Positions 7,553-20,000 of a stretch of 20,000 nt of DNA are shown in pieces; the first letter of the stretch is position 1, and each line of letters opens with the position of its first letter. Source of the stretch: Psammoneis japonica (lineage: Eukaryota); the NCBI GenBank assembly GCA_008632985.1, contig QPGO01000280.1:55029-75028 (forward strand). The letters run 5' to 3'. The position numbers were made by a program, and so were the translations under genes. Under the pieces are notes generated by a model that searched no databases, was not told the origin of the DNA, and saw nothing but the letters and a program-made list of their open reading frames with translations.

Positions 7553-10500
7553 TTGAGAAACGAGAGTAGTCAACGGGTCCGTGACAGGGTCCGTCTCGTC
7601 GCTATCGGCCGTGCCCACGTTCACGATCACGCCAGCTTCGACATCAGCCTGGGTGACCGTGTATGCCGTAGTCAGCACGCAGGGGTCACCTACTGCAACG
7701 GTAGCGCAAGTAGTGCTGCCACCCGTCAAGTCGTCGCTCACCACCACATTCGTCAGGGTGACGTCTCCATTGTTCGTCGCCGTAATGTTGTAAGTTAGAG
7801 TGTCGCCGAGACTCACGTCTTCCGAAAGGTCCTCGTCGGCATTACTCAGCAGTGTCTTGACTACAACCAACTGCGGGTTTTGCGCAACGGGAGTAGTCAA
7901 CGGGTCCGTGACAGGGTCCGTCTCGTCGCTATCGGCCGTGCCCACGTTCAGGATCACGCCAGCTTCGACATCAGCCGGGGTCACCGTGTATGTCGTAGTT
8001 AGCACGCAGGGGTCACCTACTGCAACGGTAGCGCAAGTAGTGCTGCCACCGGTCAAGTCGTCGCTCACCACCACATTCGTCAGGGTGACGTCTCCATTGT
8101 TCGTCGCCGTAATGGTGTAAGTTAGAGTGTCGCCGAGACTCACGTCGCCCGAGCCGTCCTGGTCGGCATTACTCAGCAGTGTCTTGACTACAACCAACTG
8201 CGGGTTTTGCGCAACGGGAGTAGTCAACGGGTCCGTGACAGGGTCCGTCTCGTCGCTATCGGCCGTGCCCACGTTCACGATCACGCCAGCTTCGACATCA
8301 GCCGGGGCGACCGTGTATGTCGTAGTTAGCACGCAGGGGTCACCTACTGCAACGGTAGCGCAAGTAGTGCTGCCACCCGTCAAGTCGTCGCTCACCACCA
8401 CATTCGTCAGGGTGACGTCTCCATTGTTCGTCGCCGTAATGGTGTAAGTTAGAGTGTCGCCGAGACTCACGTCGCCCGAGCCGTCCTGGTCGGCATTACT
8501 CAGCAGAGTCTTGACTACAACCAACTGCGGGTTTTGCGTAACGGGAGTAGTCAACGGGTCCGTGACAGGGTCCGTCTCGTCGCTATCGGCCGCGCCCACA
8601 TTCACGATCACGCCAGCTTCGACATCAGCCGGGGTGACCGTGTATGTCGTTGTTAGCACGCAGGGGTCACCTACTCCAACGGTAGCGCAGGTAGTGCTGC
8701 CACCCGTCAAGTCGTCGCTCACCACCACATTCGTCAAGGTGACGTCTCCATTGTTCGTCGCCGTAATGGTGTAAGTTAGAGTGTCGCCGAGACTCACGTC
8801 GCCCGAGCCGTCCTGGTCGGCATTACTCAGCAGAGTCTTGACTACAACCAACTGCGGGTTTTGCGTAACGGGAGTAGTCAACGGGTCCGTGACAGGGTCC
8901 GTCTCGTCGCTATCGGCCGTGCCCACGTTCACGATCACGCCAGCTTCGACATCCGCCGGGGTGACCGTGTATGTCGTCGTTAGCACGCAGGGGTCACCTA
9001 CTGCAACGGTAGCGCAGGTAGTGCTGCCACCGGTCAAGTCGTCGCTCACCACCACATTCGTCAAGGTGACGTCTCCATTGTTCGTCGCCGTAATGGTGTA
9101 AGTTAGAGTGTCGCCGAGACTCACGTCGCCCGAGCCGTCCTGGTCGGCATTACTCAGCAGAGTCTTGACTACAACCAACTGCGGGTTTTGCGTAACGGGA
9201 GTAGTCAACGGGTCCGTGACAGGGTCCGTCTCGTCGCTATCGGCCGTGCCCACGTTCACGATCACGCCAGCTTCGACATCCGCCGGGGTGACCGTGTATG
9301 TCGTCGTTAGCACGCAGGGGTCACCTACTGCAACGGTAGCGCAGGTAGTGCTGCCACCGGTCAAGTCGTCGCTCACCACCACATTCGTCAAGGTGACGTC
9401 TCCATTGTTCGTCGCCGTAATGGTGTAAGTTAGAGTGTCGCCGAGACTCACGTCGCCCGAGCCGTCCTGGTCGGCATTACTCAGCAGAGTCTTGACTACA
9501 ACCAACTGCGGGTTTTGCGTAACGGGAGTAGTCAACGGGTCCGTGACAGGGTCCGTCTCGTCGCTATCGGCCGCGCCCACATTCACGATCACGCCAGCTT
9601 CGACATCCGCCGGGGTGACCGTGTATGTCGTCGTTAGCACGCAGGGGTCACCTACTGCAACGGTAGCGCAGGTAGTGCTGCCACCGGTCAAGTCGTCGCT
9701 CACCACCACATTCGTCAAGGTGACGTCTCCATTGTTCGTCGCCGTAATGGTGTAAGTTAGAGTGTCGCCGAGACTCACGTCGCCCGAGCCGTCCTGGTCG
9801 GCATTACTCAGCAGAGTCTTGACTACAACCAACTGCGGGTTTTGCGTAACGGGAGTAGTCAACGGGTCCGTGACAGGGTCCGTCTCGTCGCTATCGGCCG
9901 CGCCCACGTTCACGATCACGCCAGCTTCGACATCCGCCGGGGTGACCGTGTATGTCGTCGTTAGCACGCAGGGGTCACCTACTGCAACGGTAGCGCAGGT
10001 AGTGCTGCCACCGGTCAAGTCGTCGCTCACCACCACATTCGTCAAGGTGACGTCTCCATTGTTCGTCGCCGTAATGGTGTAAGTTAGAGTGTCGCCGAGA
10101 CTCACGTCGCCCGAGCCGTCCTGGTCGGCATTACTCAGCAGAGTCTTGACTACAACCAACTGCGGGTTTTGCGTAACGGGAGTAGTCAACGGGTCCGTGA
10201 CAGGGTCCGTCTCGTCGCTATCGGCCGTGCCCACGTTCACGATCACGCCAGCTTCGACATCCGCCGGGGTGACCGTGTATGTCGTCGTTAGCACGCAGGG
10301 GTCACCTACTGCAACGGTAGCGCAGGTAGTGCTGCCACCGGTCAAGTCGTCGCTCACCACCACATTCGTCAAGGTGACGTCTCCATTGTTCGTCGCCGTA
10401 ATGGTGTAAGTTAGAGTGTCGCCGAGACTCACGTCGCCCGAGCCGTCCTGGTCGGCATTACTCAGCAGAGTCTTGACTACAACCAACTGCGGGTTTTGCG

Positions 10501-13500
10501 TAACGGGAGTAGTCAACGGGTCCGTGACAGGGTCCGTCTCGTCGCTATCGGCCGCGCCCACGTTCACGATCACGCCAGCTTCGACATCCGCCGGGGTGAC
10601 CGTGTATGTCGTCGTTAGCACGCAGGGGTCACCTACTGCAACGGTAGCGCAGGTAGTGCTGCCACCGGTCAAGTCGTCGCTCACCACCACATTCGTCAAG
10701 GTGACGTCTCCATTGTTCGTCGCCGTAATGGTGTAAGTTAGAGTGTCGCCGAGACTCACGTCGCCCGAGCCGTCCTGGTCGGCATTACTCAGCAGAGTCT
10801 TGACTACAACCAACTGCGGGTTTTGCGTAACGGGAGTAGTCAACGGGTCCGTGACAGGGTCCGTCTCGTCGCTATCGGCCGCGCCCACATTCACGATCAC
10901 GCCAGCTTCGACATCCGCCGGGGTGACCGTGTATGTCGTCGTTAGCACGCAGGGGTCACCTACTGCAACGGTAGCGCAGGTAGTGCTGCCACCGGTCAAG
11001 TCGTCGCTCACCACCACATTCGTCAAGGTGACGTCTCCATTGTTCGTCGCCGTAATGGTGTAAGTTAGAGTGTCGCCGAGACTCACGTCGCCCGAGCCGT
11101 CCTGGTCGGCATTACTCAGCAGAGTCTTGACTACAACCAACTGCGGGTTTTGCGTAACGGGAGTAGTCAACGGGTCCGTGACAGGGTCCGTCTCGTCGCT
11201 ATCGGCCGCGCCCACATTCACGATCACGCCAGCTTCGACATCCGCCGGGGTGACCGTGTATGTCGTCGTTAGCACGCAGGGGTCACCTACTGCAACGGTA
11301 GCGCAGGTAGTGCTGCCACCGGTCAAGTCGTCGCTCACCACCACATTCGTCAAGGTGACGTCTCCATTGTTCGTCGCCGTAATGGTGTAAGTTAGAGTGT
11401 CGCCGAGACTCACGTCGCCCGAGCCGTCCTGGTCGGCATTACTCAGCAGAGTCTTGACTACAACCAACTGCGGGTTTTGCGTAACGGGAGTAGTCAACGG
11501 GTCCGTGACAGGGTCCGTCTCGTCGCTATCGGCCGCGCCCACATTCACGATCACGCCAGCTTCGACATCCGCCGGGGTGACCGTGTATGTCGTCGTTAGC
11601 ACGCAGGGGTCACCTACTGCAACGGTAGCGCAGGTAGTGCTGCCACCGGTCAAGTCGTCGCTCACCACCACATTCGTCAAGGTGACGTCTCCATTGTTCG
11701 TCGCCGTAATGGTGTAAGTTAGAGTGTCGCCGAGACTCACGTCGCCCGAGCCGTCCTGGTCGGCATTACTCAGCAGAGTCTTGACTACAACCAACTGCGG
11801 GTTTTGCGTAACGGGAGTAGTCAACGGGTCCGTGACAGGGTCCGTCTCGTCGCTATCGGCCGCGCCCACATTCACGATCACGCCAGCTTCGACATCCGCC
11901 GGGGTGACCGTGTATGTCGTCGTTAGCACGCAGGGGTCACCTACTGCAACGGTAGCGCAGGTAGTGCTGCCACCGGTCAAGTCGTCGCTCACCACCACAT
12001 TCGTCAAGGTGACGTCTCCATTGTTCGTCGCCGTAATGGTGTAAGTTAGAGTGTCGCCGAGACTCACGTCGCCCGAGCCGTCCTGGTCGGCATTACTCAG
12101 CAGAGTCTTGACTACAACCAACTGCGGGTTTTGCGTAACGGGAGTAGTCAACGGGTCCGTGACAGGGTCCGTCTCGTCGCTATCGGCCGCGCCCACATTC
12201 ACGATCACGCCAGCTTCGACATCCGCCGGGGTGACCGTGTATGTCGTCGTTAGCACGCAGGGGTCACCTACTGCAACGGTAGCGCAGGTAGTGCTGCCAC
12301 CGGTCAAGTCGTCGCTCACCACCACATTCGTCAAGGTGACGTCTCCATTGTTCGTCGCCGTAATGGTGTAAGTTAGAGTGTCGCCGAGACTCACGTCGCC
12401 CGAGCCGTCCTGGTCGGCATTACTCAGCAGAGTCTTGACTACAACCAACTGCGGGTTTTGCGTAACGGGAGTAGTCAACGGGTCCGTGACAGGGTCCGTC
12501 TCGTCGCTATCGGCCGCGCCCACATTCACGATCACGCCAGCTTCGACATCAGCCGGGGTGACCGTGTATGTCGTTGTTAGCACGCAGGGGTCACCTACTC
12601 CAACGGTAGCGCAAGTAGTGCTGCCACCCGTCAAGTCGTCGCTCACCACCACATTCGTCAAGGTGACGTCTCCATTGTTCGTCGCCGTAATGGTGTAAGT
12701 TAGAGTGTCGCCGAGACTCACGTCGCCCGAGCCGTCCTGGTCGGCATTACTCAGCAGAGTCTTGACTACAACCAACTGCGGGTTTTGCGTAACGGGAGTA
12801 GTCAACGGGTCCGTGACAGGGTCCGTCTCGTCGCTATCGGCCGCGCCCACATTCACGATCACGCCAGCTTCGACATCCGCCGGGGTGACCGTGTATGTCG
12901 TCGTTAGCACGCAGGGGTCACCTACTGCAACGGTAGCGCAGGTAGTGCTGCCACCGGTCAAGTCGTCGCTCACCACCACATTCGTCAAGGTGACGTCTCC
13001 ATTGTTCGTCGCCGTAATGGTGTAAGTTAGAGTGTCGCCGAGACTCACGTCGCCCGAGCCGTCCTGGTCGGCATTACTCAGCAGAGTCTTGACTACAACC
13101 AACTGCGGGTTTTGCGTAACGGGAGTAGTCAACGGGTCCGTGACAGGGTCCGTCTCGTCGCTATCGGCCGCGCCCACATTCACGATCACGCCAGCTTCGA
13201 CATCCGCCGGGGTGACCGTGTATGTCGTCGTTAGCACGCAGGGGTCACCTACTGCAACGGTAGCGCAGGTAGTGCTGCCACCGGTCAAGTCGTCGCTCAC
13301 CACCACATTCGTCAAGGTGACGTCTCCATTGTTCGTCGCCGTAATGGTGTAAGTTAGAGTGTCGCCGAGACTCACGTCGCCCGAGCCGTCCTGGTCGGCA
13401 TTACTCAGCAGAGTCTTGACTACAACCAACTGCGGGTTTTGCGTAACGGGGAGTAGTCAACGGGTCCGTGACAGGGTCCGTCTCGTCGCTATCGGCCGCG

Positions 13501-16500
13501 CCCACATTCACGATCACGCCAGCTTCGACATCCGCCGGGGTGACCGTGTATGTCGTCGTTAGCACGCAGGGGTCACCTACTGCAACGGTAGCGCAGGTAG
13601 TGCTGCCACCGGTCAAGTCGTCGCTCACCACCACATTCGTCAAGGTGACGTCTCCATTGTTCGTCGCCGTAATGGTGTAAGTTAGAGTGTCGCCGAGACT
13701 CACGTCGCCCGAGCCGTCCTGGTCGGCATTACTCAGCAGAGTCTTGACTACAACCAACTGCGGGTTTTGCGTAACGGGAGTAGTCAACGGGTCCGTGACA
13801 GGGTCCGTCTCGTCGCTATCGGCCGCGCCCACATTCACGATCACGCCAGCTTCGACATCCGCCGGGGTGACCGTGTATGTCGTCGTTAGCACGCAGGGGT
13901 CACCTACTGCAACGGTAGCGCAGGTAGTGCTGCCACCGGTCAAGTCGTCGCTCACCACCACATTCGTCAAGGTGACGTCTCCATTGTTCGTCGCCGTAAT
14001 GGTGTAAGTTAGAGTGTCGCCGAGACTCACGTCGCCCGAGCCGTCCTGGTCGGCATTACTCAGCAGAGTCTTGACTACAACCAACTGCGGGTTTTGCGTA
14101 ACGGGAGTAGTCAACGGGTCCGTGACAGGGTCCGTCTCGTCGCTATCGGCCGCGCCCACATTCACGATCACGCCAGCTTCGACATCCGCCGGGGTGACCG
14201 TGTATGTCGTCGTTAGCACGCAGGGGTCACCTACTGCAACGGTAGCGCAGGTAGTGCTGCCACCGGTCAAGTCGTCGCTCACCACCACATTCGTCAAGGT
14301 GACGTCTCCATTGTTCGTCGCCGTAATGGTGTAAGTTAGAGTGTCGCCGAGACTCACGTCGCCCGAGCCGTCCTGGTCGGCATTACTCAGCAGAGTCTTG
14401 ACTACAACCAACTGCGGGTTTTGCGTAACGGGAGTAGTCAACGGGTCCGTGACAGGGTCCGTCTCGTCGCTATCGGCCGCGCCCACATTCACGATCACGC
14501 CAGCTTCGACATCCGCCGGGGTGACCGTGTATGTCGTCGTTAGCACGCAGGGGTCACCTACTGCAACGGTAGCGCAGGTAGTGCTGCCACCGGTCAAGTC
14601 GTCGCTCACCACCACATTCGTCAAGGTGACGTCTCCATTGTTCGTCGCCGTAATGGTGTAAGTTAGAGTGTCGCCGAGACTCACGTCGCCCGAGCCGTCC
14701 TGGTCGGCATTACTCAGCAGAGTCTTGACTACAACCAACTGCGGGTTTTGCGTAACGGGAGTAGTCAACGGGTCCGTGACAGGGTCCGTCTCGTCGCTAT
14801 CGGCCGCGCCCACATTCACGATCACGCCAGCTTCGACATCCGCCGGGGTGACCGTGTATGTCGTCGTTAGCACGCAGGGGTCACCTACTGCAACGGTAGC
14901 GCAGGTAGTGCTGCCACCGGTCAAGTCGTCGCTCACCACCACATTCGTCAAGGTGACGTCTCCATTGTTCGTCGCCGTAATGGTGTAAGTTAGAGTGTCG
15001 CCGAGACTCACGTCGCCCGAGCCGTCCTGGTCGGCATTACTCAGCAGAGTCTTGACTACAACCAACTGCGGGTTTTGCGTAACGGGAGTAGTCAACGGGT
15101 CCGTGACAGGGTCCGTCTCGTCGCTATCGGCCGCGCCCACATTCACGATCACGCCAGCTTCGACATCCGCCGGGGTGACCGTGTATGTCGTCGTTAGCAC
15201 GCAGGGTCACCTACTGCAACGGTAGCGCAGGTAGTGCTGCCACCGGTCAAGTCGTCGCTCACCACCACATTCGTCAAGGTGACGTCTCCATTGTTCGTCG
15301 CCGTAATGGTGTAAGTTAGAGTGTCGCCGAGACTCACGTCGCCCGAGCCGTCCTGGTCGGCATTACTCAGCAGAGTCTTGACTACAACCAACTGCGGGTT
15401 TTGCGTAACGGGAGTAGTCAACGGGTCCGTGACAGGGTCCGTCTCGTCGCTATCGGCCGCGCCCACATTCACGATCACGCCAGCTTCGACATCCGCCGGG
15501 GTGACCGTGTATGTCGTCGTTAGCACGCAGGGGTCACCTACTGCAACGGTAGCGCAGGTAGTGCTGCCACCGGTCAAGTCGTCGCTCACCACCACATTCG
15601 TCAAGGTGACGTCTCCATTGTTCGTCGCCGTAATGGTGTAAGTTAGAGTGTCGCCGAGACTCACGTCGCCCGAGCCGTCCTGGTCGGCATTACTCAGCAG
15701 AGTCTTGACTACAACCAACTGCGGGTTTTGCGTAACGGGAGTAGTCAACGGGTCCGTGACAGGGTCCGTCTCGTCGCTATCGGCCGCGCCCACATTCACG
15801 ATCACGCCAGCTTCGACATCCGCCGGGGTGACCGTGTATGTCGTCGTTAGCACGCAGGGGTCACCTACTGCAACGGTAGCGCAGGTAGTGCTGCCACCGG
15901 TCAAGTCGTCGCTCACCACCACATTCGTCAAGGTGACGTCTCCATTGTTCGTCGCCGTAATGGTGTAAGTTAGAGTGTCGCCGAGACTCACGTCGCCCGA
16001 GCCGTCCTGGTCGGCATTACTCAGCAGAGTCTTGACTACAACCAACTGCGGGTTTTGCGTAACGGGAGTAGTCAACGGGTCCGTGACAGGGTCCGTCTCG
16101 TCGCTATCGGCCGCGCCCACATTCACGATCACGCCAGCTTCGACATCCGCCGGGGTGACCGTGTATGTCGTCGTTAGCACGCAGGGGTCACCTACTGCAA
16201 CGGTAGCGCAGGTAGTGCTGCCACCGGTCAAGTCGTCGCTCACCACCACATTCGTCAAGGTGACGTCTCCATTGTTCGTCGCCGTAATGGTGTAAGTTAG
16301 AGTGTCGCCGAGACTCACGTCGCCCGAGCCGTCCTGGTCGGCATTACTCAGCAGAGTCTTGACTACAACCAACTGCGGGTTTTGCGTAACGGGAGTAGTC
16401 AACGGGTCCGTGACAGGGTCCGTCTCGTCGCTATCGGCCGCGCCCACATTCACGATCACGCCAGCTTCGACATCCGCCGGGGTGACCGTGTATGTCGTCG

Positions 16501-19500
16501 TTAGCACGCAGGGGTCACCTACTGCAACGGTAGCGCAGGTAGTGCTGCCACCGGTCAAGTCGTCGCTCACCACCACATTCGTCAAGGTGACGTCTCCATT
16601 GTTCGTCGCCGTAATGGTGTAAGTTAGAGTGTCGCCGAGACTCACGTCGCCCGAGCCGTCCTGGTCGGCATTACTCAGCAGAGTCTTGACTACAACCAAC
16701 TGCGGGTTTTGCGTAACGGGAGTAGTCAACGGGTCCGTGACAGGGTCCGTCTCGTCGCTATCGGCCGCGCCCACATTCACGATCACGCCAGCTTCGACAT
16801 CCGCCGGGGTGACCGTGTATGTCGTCGTTAGCACGCAGGGGTCACCTACTGCAACGGTAGCGCAGGTAGTGCTGCCACCGGTCAAGTCGTCGCTCACCAC
16901 CACATTCGTCAAGGTGACGTCTCCATTGTTCGTCGCCGTAATGGTGTAAGTTAGAGTGTCGCCGAGACTCACGTCGCCCGAGCCGTCCTGGTCGGCATTA
17001 CTCAGCAGAGTCTTGACTACAACCAACTGCGGGTTTTGCGTAACGGGAGTAGTCAACGGGTCCGTGACAGGGTCCGTCTCGTCGCTATCGGCCGCGCCCA
17101 CATTCACGATCACGCCAGCTTCGACATCCGCCGGGGTGACCGTGTATGTCGTCGTTAGCACGCAGGGGTCACCTACTGCAACGGTAGCGCAGGTAGTGCT
17201 GCCACCGGTCAAGTCGTCGCTCACCACCACATTCGTCAAGGTGACGTCTCCATTGTTCGTCGCCGTAATGGTGTAAGTTAGAGTGTCGCCGAGACTCACG
17301 TCGCCCGAGCCGTCCTGGTCGGCATTACTCAGCAGAGTCTTGACTACAACCAACTGCGGGTTTTGCGTAACGGGAGTAGTCAACGGGTCCGTGACAGGGT
17401 CCGTCTCGTCGCTATCGGCCGCGCCCACATTCACGATCACGCCAGCTTCGACATCCGCCGGGGTGACCGTGTATGTCGTCGTTAGCACGCAGGGGTCACC
17501 TACTCCAACGGTAGCGCAGTAGTGCTGCCACCGGTCAAGTCGTCGCTCACCACCACATTCGTCAAGGTGACGTCTCCATTGTTCGTCGCCGTAATGGTGT
17601 AAGTTAGAGTGTCGCCGAGACTCACGTCGCCCGAGCCGTCCTGGTCGGCATTACTCAGCAGAGTCTTGACTACAACCAACTGCGGGTTTTGCGTAACGGG
17701 AGTAGTCAACGGGTCCGTGACAGGGTCCGTCTCGTCGCTATCGGCCGCGCCCACATTCACGATCACGCCAGCTTCGACATCCGCCGGGGTGACCGTGTAT
17801 GTCGTCGTTAGCACGCAGGGGTCACCTACTGCAACGGTAGCGCAGGTAGTGCTGCCACCGGTCAAGTCGTCGCTCACCACCACATTCGTCAAGGTGACGT
17901 CTCCATTGTTCGTCGCCGTAATGGTGTAAGTTAGAGTGTCGCCGAGACTCACGTCGCCCGAGCCGTCCTGGTCGGCATTACTCAGCAGAGTCTTGACTAC
18001 AACCAACTGCGGGTTTTGCGTAACGGGAGTAGTCAACGGGTCCGTGACAGGGTCCGTCTCGTCGCTATCGGCCGCGCCCACATTCACGATCACGCCAGCT
18101 TCGACATCCGCCGGGGTGACCGTGTATGTCGTCGTTAGCACGCAGGGGTCACCTACTGCAACGTAGCGCAGGTAGTGCTGCCACCGGTCAAGTCGTCGCT
18201 CACCACCACATTCGTCAAGGTGACGTCTCCATTGTTCGTCGCCGTAATGGTGTAAGTTAGAGTGTCGCCGAGACTCACGTCGCCCGAGCCGTCCTGGTCG
18301 GCATTACTCAGCAGAGTCTTGACTACAACCAACTGCGGGTTTTGCGTAACGGGAGTAGTCAACGGGTCCGTGACAGGGTCCGTCTCGTCGCTATCGGCCG
18401 CGCCCACATTCACGATCACGCCAGCTTCGACATCCGCCGGGGTGACCGTGTATGTCGTCGTTAGCACGCAGGGGTCACCTTACTGCAACGGTAGCGCAGG
18501 TAGTGCTGCCACCGGTCAAGTCGTCGCTCACCACCACATTCGTCAAGGTGACGTCTCCATTGTTCGTCGCCGTAATGGTGTAAGTTAGAGTGTCGCCGAG
18601 ACTCACGTCGCCCGAGCCGTCCTGGTCGGCATTACTCAGCAGAGTCTTGACTACAACCAACTGCGGGTTTTGCGTAACGGGAGTAGTCAACGGGTCCGTG
18701 ACAGGGTCCGTCTCGTCGCTATCGGCCGCGCCCACATTCACGATCACGCCAGCTTCGACATCCGCCGGGGTGACCGTGTATGTCGTCGTTAGCACGCAGG
18801 GGTCACCTACTGCAACGTAGCGCAGGTAGTGCTGCCACCGNNNNNNNNNNNNNNNNNNNNNNNNNNNNNNNNNNNNNNNNNNNNNNNNNNNNNNNNNNNN
18901 NNNNNNNNNNNNNNNNNNNNNNNNNNNNNNNNNNNNNNNNNNNNNNNNNNNNNNNNNNNNNNNNNNNNNNNNNNNNNNNNNNNNNNNNNNNNNNNNNNNN
19001 NNNNNNNNNNNNNNNNNNNNNNNNNNNNNNNNNNNNNNNNNNNNNNNNNNNNNNNNNNNNNNNTTCACGATCACGCCAGCTTCGACATCCGCCGGGGTGA
19101 CCGTGTATGTCGTCGTTAGCACGCAGGGGTCACCTACTGCAACGGTAGCGCAGGTAGTGCTGCCACCGGTCAAGTCGTCGCTCACCACCACATTCGTCAA
19201 GGTGACGTCTCCATTGTTCGTCGCCGTAATGGTGTAAGTTAGAGTGTCGCCGAGACTCACGTCGCCCGAGCCGTCCTGGTCGGCATTACTCAGCAGAGTC
19301 TTGAACACAACCAACTGCGGGTTTTGCGTAACGGGAGTAGTCAACGGGTCCGTGACAGGGTCCGTCTCGTCGCTATCGGCCGCGCCCACATTCACGATCA
19401 CGCCAGCTTCGACATCGCCGGGGTGACCGTGTTGTCGTTCGTTAGCACGCAGGGGTCACCTACTGCAACGGTAGCGCAGGTAGTTGCTGCCACCGGTCAA

Positions 19501-20000
19501 GTCGTCGCTCACCACCACATTCGTCAAGGTGACGTCTCCATTGTTCGTCGCCGTAATGGTGTAAGTTAGAGTGTCGCCGAGACTCACGTCGCCGAGCCGT
19601 CCTGGTCGGCATTACTCAGCAGAGTCTTGACTACAACCAACTGCGGGTTTTGCGTAACGGGAGTAGTCAACGGGTCCGTGACAGGGTCCGTCTCGTCGCT
19701 ATCGGCCGCGCCACATTCACGATCACGCCAGCTTCGACATCCGCGGGGTGACCGTGTATGTCGTCGTTAGCACGCAGGGGTCACCTACTGCAACGTAGCG
19801 CAGGTAGTGCTGCCACCGGTCAAGTCGTCGCTCACCACCACATTCGTCAAGGTGACGTCTCCATTGTTCGTCGCCGTAATGGTGTAAGTTAGAGTGTCGC
19901 CGAGACTCACGTCGCCCGAGCCGTCCTGGTCGGCATTACTCAGCAGAGTCTTGACTACAACCAACTGCGGGTTTTGCGTAACGGGAGTAGTCAACGGCGT
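7103..20000 (-). CDS. Giant repetitive, acidic Thr/Val/Asp-rich extracellular (adhesin-like) protein of more than 4200 aa, 5' end outside the window; tandem DUF11/DUF7507-like Ig-fold repeats plus a Cys-rich C-terminus
   Basis: Uninterrupted 2108-codon ORF 7103..13429, continued upstream by the same repeat in ORFs 13401..15200, 15194..17488 and others separated by single-base indels. The repeat motif [27 protein letters not shown] matches the 'conserved repeat domain' pattern. Stop codon at 7103-7105. Confidence 0.85.
7553..20000 (-). repeat. Tandem coding array, 327-bp unit, about 38 copies in the window, nearly identical
   Basis: Exact 327-nt periodicity (for example, antisense shadow ORFs start at 7800, 8127, 8454, 8781 and so on). 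The array continues past the window end. Confidence 0.98.
18841..19063. other. Assembly gap (223 N) inside the tandem array
   Basis: Run of N. The flanks are in nearly correct repeat phase (222 nt expected), and indel density rises around the gap. Confidence 0.99.

Noticed and set aside
7581..19569. Series of 106-aa plus-strand ORFs ([12 protein letters not shown]...)
   Set aside because: These are antisense shadows of the 327-bp coding repeat, with non-ATG starts and no independent evidence.
13440..20000. Frameshifts in the giant gene (about 13451, 15205, 17519, 18163, 18481, 18817 and several after 19400) as pseudogenisation or phase variation
   Set aside because: They are single-base indels, mostly in short homopolymers, and become denser near the N gap. 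This is typical of unpolished long-read error in a repeat array, though real lesions cannot be excluded without reads.
7553..20000. CRISPR array or non-coding satellite
   Set aside because: There are no unique spacers, and the unit length is a multiple of 3 that encodes a coherent domain in frame with a unique C-terminus.

Overview
This is a eukaryotic window, probably from a diatom (inferred from the retroelement types), with two very different halves. Positions 1-~6925 are a cluster of dead transposons: the 5' half of a two-ORF non-LTR retrotransposon with an APE endonuclease (minus strand), a Ty3/Gypsy remnant (RNase H, integrase, polypurine tract, LTR start; plus strand), and an 846-bp PIF/Harbinger-like MITE. 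Positions 7103-20000 hold the 3' part of a giant minus-strand gene made of about 38 near-identical 327-bp (109-aa) DUF11/DUF7507-like repeats and a 16-Cys C-terminal domain. The main signal is that the transposon block has almost lost the TpA dinucleotide. By hand count there are 4 TA in 3961-5640, none in 5672-6855, and no RTAY tetramer before about 6941. Conserved Tyr residues are systematically replaced by Cys or His, consistent with TA->TG/CA hypermutation, the reverse direction to fungal RIP. The effect stops at the edge of the MITE and spares the adjacent, highly repetitive host gene.
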